From: an uncultured candidatus Porisulfidus sp.
GTDB taxonomy: Bacteria; Pseudomonadota; Gammaproteobacteria; Poriferisulfidales; Poriferisulfidaceae
Length of the DNA: 64,000 nt
Direction of reading: 5' to 3'
Assembly: GCA_965116025.1 (NCBI GenBank)
Contig: OZ220480.1
Location: 768,001-832,000, forward strand
The position numbers were made by a program, and so were the translations under genes. The notes beneath the pieces were generated by a model. That model worked only from the letters and a program-made list of their open reading frames with translations, was not told the origin of the DNA and did not search any database. Within the stretch, counting starts at the first letter, position 1; each line of letters opens with the position of its first letter. Positions 1 to 10,067 of the stretch are shown here, one piece after another.

Positions 1-79
1 CCGGTAGATGCCAAGGAAGCGAGTTCTCGTGTCCGATGACTCCATTCCGGGAAATCGCGAGAATGGCCGAGAGGATCAT
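1..79 (-). CDS. folA: Dihydrofolate reductase, 5' part (runs off window start)
   Basis: Manual translation from ATG 79-77: [26 protein letters not shown], the DHFR N-terminal signature; TGATG overlap with the thyA stop. Confidence 0.92.
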   Translation of the reverse strand, partial: MILSAILAISRNGVIGHENSLPWHLP

Positions 80-873
80 CAGACCGCGACCGGAGCCGCG
101 ATGCGCGGGTGGCTTCGGTAGTTATCGAGCTGGACGTCCTCATAGCGGAACTCGAGCAAATTCTTGACCTCCGGGTTCAGCCGCAGGGTTGGCAAGGGAT
201 ACGGCTCTCGCGCAAGTTGCTCGCGCGCCTGCTCCAGATGGTTCCGGTACAGGTGCGCGTCGCCGAAGGTGTGGACGAACTCCCCGGGCCGCAGGCCGCA
301 GACTTGCGCCACCATCATGGTCAGGAGCGAGTACGAGGCGATGTTGAACGGCACCCCAAGAAACAGGTCCGCGCTTCGCTGGTAGAGTTGGCAGGAAAGT
401 TTTTCTTCGGCCACATAGAATTGGAACAGAACGTGGCAGGGCGCCAGCGCCATGCGGTCGAGCTCGGCGACGTTCCACGCGCAAACCAAATGGCGCCGGG
501 AGTCTGGCCGCATTTTCAGTTGTTCGATCAGAGCGCGGATTTGGTCGTGCTCGCGACCTTCTCGTCCCGGCCAGCTCCGCCACTGGCGTCCGTAGATCGG
601 GCCCAGCTCGCCCTCCTCGTCGGCCCACTCGTCCCAAATGGTCACTCCGCGCTCGCTTAGCGCGCGCGCGTTGGTCTCACCGCGCAGAAACCACAGCAAC
701 TCATGGATCACGGACTTGACGTGGATTTTCTTGGTGGTGACCAAGGGGAAGCCCTCAGCTAGGTTGTATCGATTCTGGTATCCGAACACCGAGCGAGTGC
801 CGACTCCGGTGCGGTCGGGCTTGTCCACGCCGCGTTCCAGCGCGTGGCGCAAGAGATCCAGATAGGGCTTCAT
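79..873 (-). CDS. thyA: Thymidylate synthase (264 aa)
   Basis: MKPYLDLL...[37 protein letters not shown]; ATG at 873 overlaps the lgt stop. Confidence 0.97.
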   Translation of the reverse strand: MKPYLDLLRHALERGVDKPDRTGVGTRSVFGYQNRYNLAEGFPLVTTKKIHVKSVIHELLWFLRGETNARALSERGVTIWDEWADEEGELGPIYGRQWRSWPGREGREHDQIRALIEQLKMRPDSRRHLVCAWNVAELDRMALAPCHVLFQFYVAEEKLSCQLYQRSADLFLGVPFNIASYSLLTMMVAQVCGLRPGEFVHTFGDAHLYRNHLEQAREQLAREPYPLPTLRLNPEVKNLLEFRYEDVQLDNYRSHPRIAAPVAV

Positions 874-1649
874 GATCGCGCGCTTCGAGCGCGCCAGGCC
901 ATTATCAGGCCAACCAGGGCCAAGGGGACGCAGAGAATCTGGCCCATGGTCAGCCAACCGAACGCCAGATAACCTAGATGAGCGTCCGGCAGGCGGACGA
1001 ACTCCACCGCGAAGCGGACGAAGGAATAGCCGATAGCGAATGTCGCCGCGACGGCGCCGACAGCTCGGGGTTGGCGAGCGAACCACCAGAGAACCGTGAA
1101 CAGAAGGATGCCTTCCAGCGCGGCCTCGTACAGCTGGCTCGGGTGACGCGGCTCGGGCCCCGCCGCTGGGAAGACGACTCCCCACGGAAGATCGGTGGGC
1201 CGCCCCCAAAGCTCACCATTGATGAAGTTCCCGATTCGACCGAAGAACAGCCCGACGGGCACCATCGGAGCGCAGAAATCGACGGTCGTCAGCCAGCCGA
1301 GATTCGTCTTGCGCCGCCACAGCCAGACCGCGACCAGCGCTCCGATCAGGCCACCGTGAAAACTCATCCCGCCTTCCCAAATGCGCAGGATCATCCAGGG
1401 ATCCGCCAGCAAGCGGTCCGAGTGATAGAAAAGGGCGGAGCCGGCCCGACCGCCGAGGATGGCGCCAAGGGCCCCGTAGAACAGCAGGTCGCCGACCTGC
1501 TCAGGGGCGACTGCGGTGTGCGCCCGGCGGGCGTGGCGGATGCCGAGCGGCCAAAATCCTGAGAATCCGAGCACGTACATCAGGCCGTACCAGTGGATCC
1601 GAACAGGGCCTATCGCGAAGGCGACCGGGTCCCAATCAAGTAGCATCAC
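870..1649 (-). CDS. lgt: Prolipoprotein diacylglyceryl transferase
   Basis: [37 protein letters not shown] motifs; conserved lgt-thyA order. Confidence 0.97.
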   Translation of the reverse strand: MMLLDWDPVAFAIGPVRIHWYGLMYVLGFSGFWPLGIRHARRAHTAVAPEQVGDLLFYGALGAILGGRAGSALFYHSDRLLADPWMILRIWEGGMSFHGGLIGALVAVWLWRRKTNLGWLTTVDFCAPMVPVGLFFGRIGNFINGELWGRPTDLPWGVVFPAAGPEPRHPSQLYEAALEGILLFTVLWWFARQPRAVGAVAATFAIGYSFVRFAVEFVRLPDAHLGYLAFGWLTMGQILCVPLALVGLIMAWRARSARS

Positions 1650-1777
1650 GTCGTCGGCAGTGTTTCGCGCTTGGCTCGGGTTAGTTCACGTGCGGAAACT
1701 CTGGTTCCTATTTTCGATATTCTGTGCCTCGGGCCCACCCGCAAGCCATTCGGTACCGGTCAGAGTCGCTACCAATT

Positions 1778-2467
1778 TCATTTATCGGGCCTGGCCACCC
1801 GCCACGTTCGGCGTGGCTTTTTGGTAGCGACATAGAAGGTGGTACTATCGTCACCTTGTGCTTTGATCGCAGCGATGTCTGGAGGGAGCCACTGGGGCAA
1901 GGCTTCCTCAATCCATCTCCAATCGAATCCGCGCTCGTATGCCTCGTTGTACAGGCTTTCGAACACAAGATCGGCTGTGAGCGGATCATCACACTTGATT
2001 ATGGCTATGGCATCCTGCACGTCGACGATGTGTCCAAAGAATTCACCGGCAATCAGATAGTCAATATCCCCTACGAAATCATGTCTATCGTCTTCGCATT
2101 TCCAATACCAGCGTTTCACATCCTCGCGTTCCCGATACCATAGGCAAGGGTCTCCAAAGTTGGTTTCCTCAAGTGCCTCGGGGGCAGGCTGGTAAAGAGT
2201 AACGGTGTCACTCACAGACCGCTTGGCCTTGGCATCCATGCAGTCGCCGCTTTCCCGCTCAATCTTTTTGCGAACGTCCTGCTCCAGCTGAGTCATCCAG
2301 TAGGACTTCTCCACGGCCTTAACAAAGGCGTTGAGTTTCTCGACATCGGTTTTTGAGGGGTTGAGTTTTGACTCCTCAAGAATCGCCTTGATTGATCTGC
2401 ATCGTGATTTGATACGGTCCAGTTGTTCGCTGGTCGTATAAACCTTCTTTGGTTTTGCGTCAGCCAT
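1778..2467 (-). CDS. Hypothetical protein (low GC); start 2467 or 2503
   Basis: Open 229-241 aa ORF with protein-like composition in an AT-richer islet; no motif recognised. Confidence 0.55.
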   Translation of the reverse strand: MADAKPKKVYTTSEQLDRIKSRCRSIKAILEESKLNPSKTDVEKLNAFVKAVEKSYWMTQLEQDVRKKIERESGDCMDAKAKRSVSDTVTLYQPAPEALEETNFGDPCLWYREREDVKRWYWKCEDDRHDFVGDIDYLIAGEFFGHIVDVQDAIAIIKCDDPLTADLVFESLYNEAYERGFDWRWIEEALPQWLPPDIAAIKAQGDDSTTFYVATKKPRRTWRVARPDK

Positions 2468-2651
2468 AAAGTGCAAAAACCCAACGAGGTTGCGCGTGCC
2501 CAAACATGGTTGCTTCTACGGGTGACCGGCAATGTCCTGCCAGTGCGAAGTATTCAGCGTAACAATGATCGTAGCCGTGCGTGATCTTCGTGCAACCGGT
2601 CACGGGATTCCAAGTCGCGTTGGCCCACTCGACTGGTGATCTGGAATTCAT
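2460..2651 (-). pseudogene. DUF5131 (phage Gp37/Gp68-like) N-terminal fragment
   Basis: EWANATWNPVTGCTKITHGYDHCYA matches the family start (TWNPxTGCxKxSxGCxxCYA) with the middle Cys replaced by Tyr; truncated after about 60 aa. Confidence 0.75.
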
Positions 2652-2744
2652 AATGACGTTACTCAATCTTGGCGAATTTCCACGATTGATCCGGTTAGGA
2701 TATTCTGCGAACAAGTCAGGGTAGGTGGGTATAGAGATCAGCGT

Positions 2745-4550
2745 TCATTCATCTGCCTCGTTCTCTGTTACAACCTTTTTACCCATCGCGCCTTCAACGA
2801 GCTTGGACAGTGCTCGCATGCGTGTGGCGAAGAATGAGTCAAAGTCGTCGTTGCGTAGATGCTCTGGTTCAATGAGATGGGATCGCAAAATATCGTCCAA
2901 TATCGAGCCATCTACGCCTTTATCCTCAATCTTTTTTAGGTATGCGGAAGGGGACTCCCCGCCAATTGATCTGTTTGTTGTCTTGGACAATGGTGTCTTA
3001 TTGATGATGGAATTGAAGTTTCTTGGCAGGATATTCCGTTTCTCGCACCAGTTCCGTGGAAAGATGTGGTGGATATCGATTTGGTGGTCGAAGAATGAGA
3101 TTATTTCCACGGGTTGGCCGGTCACGAAATCTCGGCAATTACGCATAAGCAGTGCGTGAATGCTCTTGTAGGCGGCCGAGGTGCGGGCACGTAGAGAGTA
3201 AAATCGTTCCTGATTGAAAACTGCCTCATCAAGTGTTCGGGGCTTTGGTCCCTGATCTTGGATCCAGCTGACAAGCTCTGGTACGTCCCTAGCGAGACGT
3301 GTTTCAGTGCTGGATCCATAAAGTTCACCTAGAGCAACCGACCAGAACCAGCGTTCAATTTTTTCGCTCGCGGACGGTGTGTGTGCATCTTGGCCAAGGA
3401 TGGCGAAAGTGGATGCGAGACCGACCGTGAGTGTGTTGTAAGGAACGTCTTTATGCCAAATGATTTTGTGCTCATTCAGGAAGGTGGCCGCATTTTTCAT
3501 TCCATCTTCAACTGCGTCGGCATGTCTTCGGTAGTTGGCGAGCGGGAGGGCCAATAATGCATCGCGATTACAACTGATCCCGGGAAGGTTTTTCTTCTCT
3601 ACACCTTTTGCGGCGCATTCCAACTTGCGTTTTCGTGTGTGTAGTAATGTACAAGCTTGCAGAAAATCGTCACCTTTGATTTTGGTGAGCACGTCACGCG
3701 GGCTGGGATATCCGACGATTCGGTCTCTCCGTCCGGTCGCGGAACTGTCATCCGGACCGTACCAATCACTTCGTAGATCGAAATCGCTGGCGGCGAAGAT
3801 GGCTGTAAGTAAGTCGAATACATCCAGTTGCTTACCGCCCACATTGACTTTCTCGAAGATCAGGCAAATTGCTGCGCGGCTGTTGTCTTGGTCGAGTCGG
3901 ATGAGAGGCATTTGGTACATTTCGATTTTTTTGATTATGTCGTGGAATCCTTCTTCAAGATCAAAAAAACCCTTTCCCTTATCCCGCCAGTATTTCTGCC
4001 ATTCGAAAAACCAATCTCGGTTATCAAAGGATTGGTTCAGGGGAAACATGTTTTCCTCAATTTCACGACTACCTGTTGACAAGTCACACTCAATGTTTCG
4101 CCCGAAATTTTCCCGTGTTTTTCGATCCGTTGGCACACTAATAATCGCATCCTCAATGTCTGCCTCAGCACTTAGTGCTTTTCGGATGTCAAGATAGTAG
4201 AACCGATTTATCTTTTCGCCTCGATGATTTCGCGTTTGAACTGGCTGGCTGGCATACATTGACTGGTAGATAGACGTGATCCGCTGTTGACCGTCTAGTA
4301 GCAGTTCGTCTGGGCTGATCTCGCGAGCAAGAACCACTCCAGCGAGAGGGCGAGGTTTGAATCGAAGTTCACACCCCGCCTCAAGGGTTAGCAATGTTCC
4401 AACAGGAAAGCCTTTGGCGATAGATGCGATAAGGCTACGGATATCCTCATCGCTCCAAACGTAATCTCTTTGAAAGTCCGGAAGTTGAAGGTGACCATCA
4501 TGAACGGCACGTAGAAGATCAACAAGACTTTTCTTCGCGATGTCAAACAT
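2745..4550 (-). CDS. GmrSD-like restriction endonuclease (DUF262 + C-terminal HNH/DUF1524-like), 601 aa
   Basis: LQLPDFQRDYVW, LLDGQQR, IFEKVN (DUF262); IDIHHIFP...NKTPLSKTTNRSIG (HNH-type); ATG at 4550; visibly lower GC than flanks. Confidence 0.88.
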   Translation of the reverse strand: MFDIAKKSLVDLLRAVHDGHLQLPDFQRDYVWSDEDIRSLIASIAKGFPVGTLLTLEAGCELRFKPRPLAGVVLAREISPDELLLDGQQRITSIYQSMYASQPVQTRNHRGEKINRFYYLDIRKALSAEADIEDAIISVPTDRKTRENFGRNIECDLSTGSREIEENMFPLNQSFDNRDWFFEWQKYWRDKGKGFFDLEEGFHDIIKKIEMYQMPLIRLDQDNSRAAICLIFEKVNVGGKQLDVFDLLTAIFAASDFDLRSDWYGPDDSSATGRRDRIVGYPSPRDVLTKIKGDDFLQACTLLHTRKRKLECAAKGVEKKNLPGISCNRDALLALPLANYRRHADAVEDGMKNAATFLNEHKIIWHKDVPYNTLTVGLASTFAILGQDAHTPSASEKIERWFWSVALGELYGSSTETRLARDVPELVSWIQDQGPKPRTLDEAVFNQERFYSLRARTSAAYKSIHALLMRNCRDFVTGQPVEIISFFDHQIDIHHIFPRNWCEKRNILPRNFNSIINKTPLSKTTNRSIGGESPSAYLKKIEDKGVDGSILDDILRSHLIEPEHLRNDDFDSFFATRMRALSKLVEGAMGKKVVTENEADE

Positions 4551-4589
4551 CCTGTATGGCACCTTGCATTCAGGTTTGGGTAGCGAATA

Positions 4590-4622
4590 ATTATACCCCC
4601 CCCCCCCCCCCCCCCTTGTCAA
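4590..4622 (-). promoter_or_regulatory. Sigma70 promoter with poly-G spacer: TTGACA-A-G20-TATAAT, upstream of the GmrSD-like gene
   Basis: Perfect -35 (4622-4617) and -10 (4595-4590) hexamers separated by 21 nt, of which 20 are G (C run 4596-4615 on +); 40 nt above the ATG at 4550. Confidence 0.8.
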
Positions 4623-4694
4623 GATGAAGCCTCTTCCCAATGGTGAGCTCGCAAGAGGAGTGTGAGCATATAATTTGTGAGAACGTATTCTCTC

Positions 4695-6713
4695 ATGCCG
4701 AACCGACTCTCCGAATCCTCGAGCCCCTACTTGCGGCAGCATGCCGGCAATCCGGTGGACTGGTATCCGTGGGGCGAGGAGGCGTCGCGCGAAGCGCGCG
4801 AGTCCGGGCGACCGATCCTTCTGTCGATCGGCTACGCCGCCTGCCACTGGTGCCATGTCATGGAGCACGAATCCTTCGAGGACCCAGAGACCGCGGCGTT
4901 GATGAACCGCCTGTACGTCAACATCAAAGTGGACCGCGAGGAGCGGCCGGACCTTGACAAGATCTACCAGACGGCGCAGATGCTGCTGACCCAGCGCGGC
5001 GGTGGTTGGCCGCTGACTTTGTTTCTCACGCCGGACAAGCGGATTCCCTTTTTCGGTGGTACCTACTTTCCGCCGGAGCCCCGCCATGGACTGCCCGCGT
5101 TCCGCCAGATCCTGGAGCAGGTCGCCCAGTGGTACGGAGGGCACGCCGAAGAGCTGGTAGAGCAGAACGAGTCGGTATGCGCCGCGTTGCGAAACATTCA
5201 CCAGCCGCCCCGGGCGGTCGCTTGGCCAGAGAATATCGAGTCGGATCTCATCAAGGAATTGGCGGGGTCGTTCGACGCGCGGGATGGGGGATTCGGCGGC
5301 GCTCCAAAATTCGCGCGACCGGCTCCGGTGCAGTGGCTGCAGTCGAGCGACGACCCCAGGGCTCGGCATATGGCGACGCATACTCTGGCGCGCATGGCCG
5401 AGGGAGGCATCCAGGATCACGTCGGGGGAGGCTTCTACCGATATTCGGTCGACGCTCGCTGGATGATCCCGCACTTCGAGAAGATGCTGTACGATCAAGC
5501 CCTGTTGTTGCCGCTGTACGCCCGGGCTTGGAAAGATGCCGAATCTCCGTCGCTCAAGGCCGCCGCGGAAGGCATCGTCTCGTTCGTCACCCGCGAGCTT
5601 CAGGATGGCGCGGGCGGCTTCTACTCCAGCTTGGACGCCGACTCCGAGGGAGAGGAAGGCAAGTTTTACCTGTGGGCTCCGGAGGAGGTGAAGGCGACGC
5701 TTCCCGAAGAGGACTACCTGGCGTTCGCGTTCCGGTTCGGGCTGGACCGTCCGGCGAACTTCGAGGGACGCTGGCACCTGCACGGGTTTCGCTCTCTACT
5801 GGAGACCGCGGCCCACTTCAAGCGGCCAGTGGAAGAGATCCAGGATATGTTCGAGGCGGATTTTCGGCGCCTGCGCGAGGTTCGCTCGGCCCGCGTCCGG
5901 CCGGGGCTGGACGACAAGATGCTGACCAGCTGGAATGGCCTGATGATCCGGGGCTTGGTCCTCGCGTCTCGCATGCTGGACGAGCCGGATTGGCTCCGCC
6001 ACGCGGAAGCGGCGTTCGACTTCGTTCGGGATCGGCTTTGGGATGGCCAGCGATTGCGCGCGAGCTTCAGCCAGGGGAAGGCGAGCTTGAACGCGTACTT
6101 GGACGACTACGCGTTCATGCTGGAAGCGGCCCTCTTATTGTTGAAGAGCCGATGGAATAGTGAGGATCTCGCGTTCGCGGAACGATTGGCCGAGGTGATC
6201 GCCGATCAGTTCGCGGATCCCGATGGCGGGCTGTTCTTCACGTCGGGCGATCACGAGGAGCTGCTGGTTCGCCCGCGTCTTTTGGCGGACGATGTCACGC
6301 CGTCCGGTTGCTCGGTCGCGTGCGAGGGGCTGACCCGGATTGGGCATCTTCTCGCGCGGGGCGATTGGGTGGACTTGGCGGAACGGACGCTGGCGGGAGC
6401 GCGTGGCGCCGTCGCTCACGCGCCGCAGGAGCACGCCCGCTTCCTGGAGGCCCGGTCCGTGGTGGAACGGCCCCTCCCGCAGATTATTTTGCGCGGGAAA
6501 GAGCCGGAACTGGAGCGCTGGCGAGCCGAGGCCTGGCGCGAAGAGGTCCGGGTGGACTGCTACGCCGTTCCCGAGAACGCGGATCGTCTCCCGACCGCCC
6601 TTCAGGACAAATCCGCGCGAGGCGCGGTGGTGGCCTACGTCTGCGTCGGGCTTTCCTGCGAGGCGCCGATCCGGTCGTTCGAGGCTTTCAGAGAGAGGGT
6701 TCAGGCGTTGTGA
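4695..6713 (+). CDS. Thioredoxin domain-containing protein, YyaL/SSP411 family
   Basis: [54 protein letters not shown]. Confidence 0.93.
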   Translation: MPNRLSESSSPYLRQHAGNPVDWYPWGEEASREARESGRPILLSIGYAACHWCHVMEHESFEDPETAALMNRLYVNIKVDREERPDLDKIYQTAQMLLTQRGGGWPLTLFLTPDKRIPFFGGTYFPPEPRHGLPAFRQILEQVAQWYGGHAEELVEQNESVCAALRNIHQPPRAVAWPENIESDLIKELAGSFDARDGGFGGAPKFARPAPVQWLQSSDDPRARHMATHTLARMAEGGIQDHVGGGFYRYSVDARWMIPHFEKMLYDQALLLPLYARAWKDAESPSLKAAAEGIVSFVTRELQDGAGGFYSSLDADSEGEEGKFYLWAPEEVKATLPEEDYLAFAFRFGLDRPANFEGRWHLHGFRSLLETAAHFKRPVEEIQDMFEADFRRLREVRSARVRPGLDDKMLTSWNGLMIRGLVLASRMLDEPDWLRHAEAAFDFVRDRLWDGQRLRASFSQGKASLNAYLDDYAFMLEAALLLLKSRWNSEDLAFAERLAEVIADQFADPDGGLFFTSGDHEELLVRPRLLADDVTPSGCSVACEGLTRIGHLLARGDWVDLAERTLAGARGAVAHAPQEHARFLEARSVVERPLPQIILRGKEPELERWRAEAWREEVRVDCYAVPENADRLPTALQDKSARGAVVAYVCVGLSCEAPIRSFEAFRERVQAL

Positions 6714-7480
6714 GTCCGATTCGCGGCCTGTGGCGGCTCGCGCGTTTGCTGTACCTCATCGGGTCGGGCATGGTCGAGGGAAGTCAGGAGCATATCCGCG
6801 CGCTGGCCTCCACCCCCTCGTCGGCCGAGGCGCAAGCGAGGAACCAGGACTGGTTCCGGCGCGTTCTCGCTTGCCTGAACGTCCAGGTTTCCGTGCATGG
6901 AAAACTCGCCGACGCGCCGTGTCTGGTGGTTTGCAACCATATCTCATGGTTAGACATCCTGGTGCTGGGCTCTGCCGCGCCGGTCGTGTTCCTGAGCAAG
7001 GTGGAAATCGCCCGGTGGCCGCTGATCTCCCGCTTGGCCCGGGCGGGCGGGACCCTGTTCATCCAGCGCGGAGGAGAGGGAGCCGCGCGCCATAGCATCG
7101 ACGAGATGCGCAAGGCGTTCGCGCGTCGGCAAAGCGTCGCGATTTTTCCCGAGGGAACGACGGGAGAGGGTCGCGTGGCGCTTCCGTTCCACCCTCGGCT
7201 TTTCGCGGCCGCGATCGAGAGCGGAACGCGGGTGCAGCCGGTCGCGTTGCGCTATCCGCACTCGCGGGGCGTGCACCCGAAAGTGCCGTACATAGGCAGG
7301 CAGACGCTGGTCGCCAGCATTCTGGGAATTCTCGGGTGCAGGTCGATTCAGGCGGAAGTGACGCTCGGGCCGCCCATCGATCCCGAGGGACTGGAGCGCC
7401 GCCGTCTCGCGGATCAGGCGCGGGCGTTCGTGGTGGGAGTGTTGGAGCGGGGCCTCGGAGACCCGGAACGAGAGCACTGA
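6710..7480 (+). CDS. Lysophospholipid acyltransferase (PlsC family)
   Basis: NHISWLD (HX4D) and IFPEGTT motifs; GTG start overlaps the upstream stop. Confidence 0.88.
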   Translation: MSPIRGLWRLARLLYLIGSGMVEGSQEHIRALASTPSSAEAQARNQDWFRRVLACLNVQVSVHGKLADAPCLVVCNHISWLDILVLGSAAPVVFLSKVEIARWPLISRLARAGGTLFIQRGGEGAARHSIDEMRKAFARRQSVAIFPEGTTGEGRVALPFHPRLFAAAIESGTRVQPVALRYPHSRGVHPKVPYIGRQTLVASILGILGCRSIQAEVTLGPPIDPEGLERRRLADQARAFVVGVLERGLGDPEREH

Positions 7481-7523
7481 AAGAGGGACCCCTCATAAAC
7501 CCGGAGGGAACGCGGGCGGGGAT

Positions 7524-7790
7524 TCAGGCGCCGAGACTTTTGATGCGCGCGTTCAGGCGGCTTTTCTGGCGGGCCGCCTTGTTGCGGTGGATCAGTCCCC
7601 GGCTCACCGCGCTGTCGATCACGGGGGCGGCCTCCCGGAAGGATTGAAGGGCGCGCTCGCGTTCGCCTTGCTCAATCCACTTGACCACGTTCTTGACGAA
7701 CGTGCGGTAGCGCGACGCCAGCGCCATGTTGGCGGAGCGACGCGAGATCTCCTGACGGGCGCGCTTGCGAGACTGAGCGGAATTGGCCAT
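7524..7790 (-). CDS. rpsT: 30S ribosomal protein S20
   Basis: MANSAQSRKRARQ...IHRNKAARQKSRL. Confidence 0.97.
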   Translation of the reverse strand: MANSAQSRKRARQEISRRSANMALASRYRTFVKNVVKWIEQGERERALQSFREAAPVIDSAVSRGLIHRNKAARQKSRLNARIKSLGA

Positions 7791-7898
7791 AGGCGGCGCA
7801 TTATATATGAAACGCTCGACCTCAGTCGCCGAAATCTTGGGGCGAGTCGGAGCGGCTGGATCGACGCGCTCACCGCCCCGGTCGCGAAGGCTTCTGGC

Positions 7899-7927
7899 TT
7901 GACATAGGAAAACGCGCGGATTAGGAT
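7899..7927 (+). promoter_or_regulatory. Sigma70 promoter TTGACA-N17-TAGGAT for the R-M operon
   Basis: TTGACA 7899-7904, 17-nt spacer, TAGGAT 7922-7927; GTG start at 7957. Confidence 0.6.
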
Positions 7928-7956
7928 TGCCTTGCTCCCGAGCGGAAACCCGCCCC

Positions 7957-9132
7957 GTGCCCGACTACAAACGCCTCGCTCTGCCGCGTCCCGTTCCGCT
8001 GGAGGAGGGCCTCGACCAAGCGCTGTCGGTCCTGAACGGGATGTTCGACGCCGACGACTTCCATGTCCTTCGAAACGGTGATCGCGTGGATGTCTGGCTT
8101 CGTCAGGTGAATATGGAAGATTTGGCGGCCGCCGTCGCTCGCGTGGAATCCGAACACGGAAACAAGGACGCGATGCGCGGCGTCTTCCAAGCGGTGGAAG
8201 GAGTCCGCAGCTATGGGCTTAACGGCAACAAGCGTTTGTACGTCGGCTACAACAGAGAGAGGAAGGTAGCGAACCGCAAAGCGAAGGTTCTGCGCCGGGG
8301 GAGTCATTTCTACGCGAACGACCACGCGTTCGAGCGTGGCGATAACGCCCTGCCCGCGTCGATGATGGACCGGATCGTTTGCGCCGACAGCGAGACCGCG
8401 CTCCGGGATCTGCCCGACAACTGCGTCGACTTGGTTTTCACTTCTCCGCCCTACAACTTCGGGCTCGGCTACGGCGCTACCCCGGAAGCCGACAGTGACG
8501 CGATCGACTGGGACGCTTATTTCTCCAAACTGTTCGCCGTCTTCGACGAGTGCATCCGGACGCTCAAGTTTGGCGGGCGAATCGTGGTGAACGTCCAGCC
8601 CCTGTTCTCGGATTACATCCCAAGCCATCACGTCATCTCCCAGTTTTTCATGGAGCGCAAATTGATCTGGAAAGGAGAAATCCTGTGGGAGAAGAACAAC
8701 TACAACTGCAAGTACACCGCGTGGGGAAGTTGGAAGAGCCCGTCCAGTCCCTACCTCAAGTATACGTGGGAGTTCGTGGAGATCTTCTGCAAGGGGAGTC
8801 TCAAGAAGTCCGGCGCGTCCGCCGACGCGGACATTGACGCGGATTCTTTCAAGGAATGGGTGAACGCGAAGTGGTCCATCGCTCCGGAACGGCGGATGCG
8901 GGAATATGGACATCCCGCCATGTTCCCGGAGGAGCTGGCGAGAAGAGTGATGCTCTTGTTCAGTTTTCGGGGCGATACCGTGCTGGACCCGTTCAACGGC
9001 GTTGGGACCACCACCGCTGTTGCGGCGCGCCACGGAAGACATTTCCTAGGCATCGATGCCGTGCGGGAATACTGCGACTCGGCGCGAGAACGGTTGGCGA
9101 AAGTGTGTCGGCAAACCCGACTTCATGTCTGA
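7957..9132 (+). CDS. Site-specific DNA methyltransferase (N4/N6 family, beta class, likely m4C) with N-terminal extension
   Basis: FTSPPYN (motif IV) precedes VLDPFNGVGTT (motif I); HPAMFPEEL. Confidence 0.9.
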   Translation: MPDYKRLALPRPVPLEEGLDQALSVLNGMFDADDFHVLRNGDRVDVWLRQVNMEDLAAAVARVESEHGNKDAMRGVFQAVEGVRSYGLNGNKRLYVGYNRERKVANRKAKVLRRGSHFYANDHAFERGDNALPASMMDRIVCADSETALRDLPDNCVDLVFTSPPYNFGLGYGATPEADSDAIDWDAYFSKLFAVFDECIRTLKFGGRIVVNVQPLFSDYIPSHHVISQFFMERKLIWKGEILWEKNNYNCKYTAWGSWKSPSSPYLKYTWEFVEIFCKGSLKKSGASADADIDADSFKEWVNAKWSIAPERRMREYGHPAMFPEELARRVMLLFSFRGDTVLDPFNGVGTTTAVAARHGRHFLGIDAVREYCDSARERLAKVCRQTRLHV

Positions 9133-9832
9133 TTTTCCAGCGTCGCGTCACGCGATCATTCGATACTACGACATGCTTGTTGGTGGGATCAATGACAAAG
9201 CCATAGCGGAACGGGAACGTGCCTACGGGGGCGTCATCCGTGCTGGAAAAGGCCAGTTGGTGGAATGGATCGCCTCTCACATCATTGGCTTGGCATGGCG
9301 GGAACGAGGCGGCGCTCGGGCCCGGCTCTCGTTTGGCGAAAAGAAGACGTACCTCGTGCCAATCCGGCAGGAGTACGTGGAGCGAATGCCGGAGGACGTA
9401 AGACCATATGTCGCTAATCGCACCGACAAATACGCGTATCGCGCTCAAGTAGATGTTCACGCCTTCATTGATGGCGAATTCGCGCTTGGAATGGAATGCA
9501 AGGCGTACACCGAGAACGCGATGCTCAAGCGCATACTTGTTGATTTTCAGTTATTGAAGTCGATCCGCCCTCATCTTATCTGTTGTCTGTTGCAGTTGGA
9601 AAGTCAGTTGGGAGGCGGCTATTCGAATCCATTGGCGGCCCCGCAAATGGGAAGCCCACGTAGCCATGCGTTGATGTCTTACTTCCCGGAAGTCGACTTG
9701 AACGTTCTCACCCTGCTTGAGGGAGAGCGGCGGATCAATCAACCTATCCACATTCCCAATTACTTTAAAGAACTCCGTCCAGAATGTCTGGATCACGCCA
9801 TCAACCAGGTTGGCGACTTGCTCGCGACTTAG
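9125..9832 (+). CDS. Putative type II restriction endonuclease (PD-(D/E)xK)
   Basis: QVDVH...MECKAY catalytic-like motif; overlaps the MTase 3' end. Confidence 0.72.
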   Translation: MSDFPASRHAIIRYYDMLVGGINDKAIAERERAYGGVIRAGKGQLVEWIASHIIGLAWRERGGARARLSFGEKKTYLVPIRQEYVERMPEDVRPYVANRTDKYAYRAQVDVHAFIDGEFALGMECKAYTENAMLKRILVDFQLLKSIRPHLICCLLQLESQLGGGYSNPLAAPQMGSPRSHALMSYFPEVDLNVLTLLEGERRINQPIHIPNYFKELRPECLDHAINQVGDLLAT

Positions 9833-10067
9833 TTTGACGTCTTCACTCGGCGGTGTTTCCGAAATGGACGCGAGCGCGTCTTCCCGTCGACGAGCTTGCC
9901 GAAGACTGGCTGGGTGGTGAAGTAGAGATCGGCCAATACTTGTCGCTACGTCGCGATCCGGTCCATCTTGGAAGGCGGGCTGATGGTGGGGGTGATGCCG
10001 CTCGGTTAGATGGAACTGGCGATCCAAACCGCTGACCACCGCGTGCGCTGGATGGCGATATCGCGAG

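Noticed and set aside
874-1209. N-terminal extension of the ThyA ORF
   Set aside because: It overlaps lgt in another frame; the canonical 264-aa ThyA begins at 873.
1801-1822. Hairpin GCCACG-TTCGG-CGTGGC followed by T5 on the + strand
   Set aside because: Terminator-like, but no + strand gene leads into it and it lies within a minus-strand ORF, so function is not supportable.
4551-5783. 1012-aa ORF (2745-5783) suggesting a long N-terminal extension with poly-Gly on the GmrSD-like protein
   Set aside because: The upstream part is the antisense shadow of yyaL read through the promoter G tract; DUF262 similarity starts at Met 4550.
9853-10035. 60-aa ORF after the restriction endonuclease
   Set aside because: Short, with no SD or recognisable motif.
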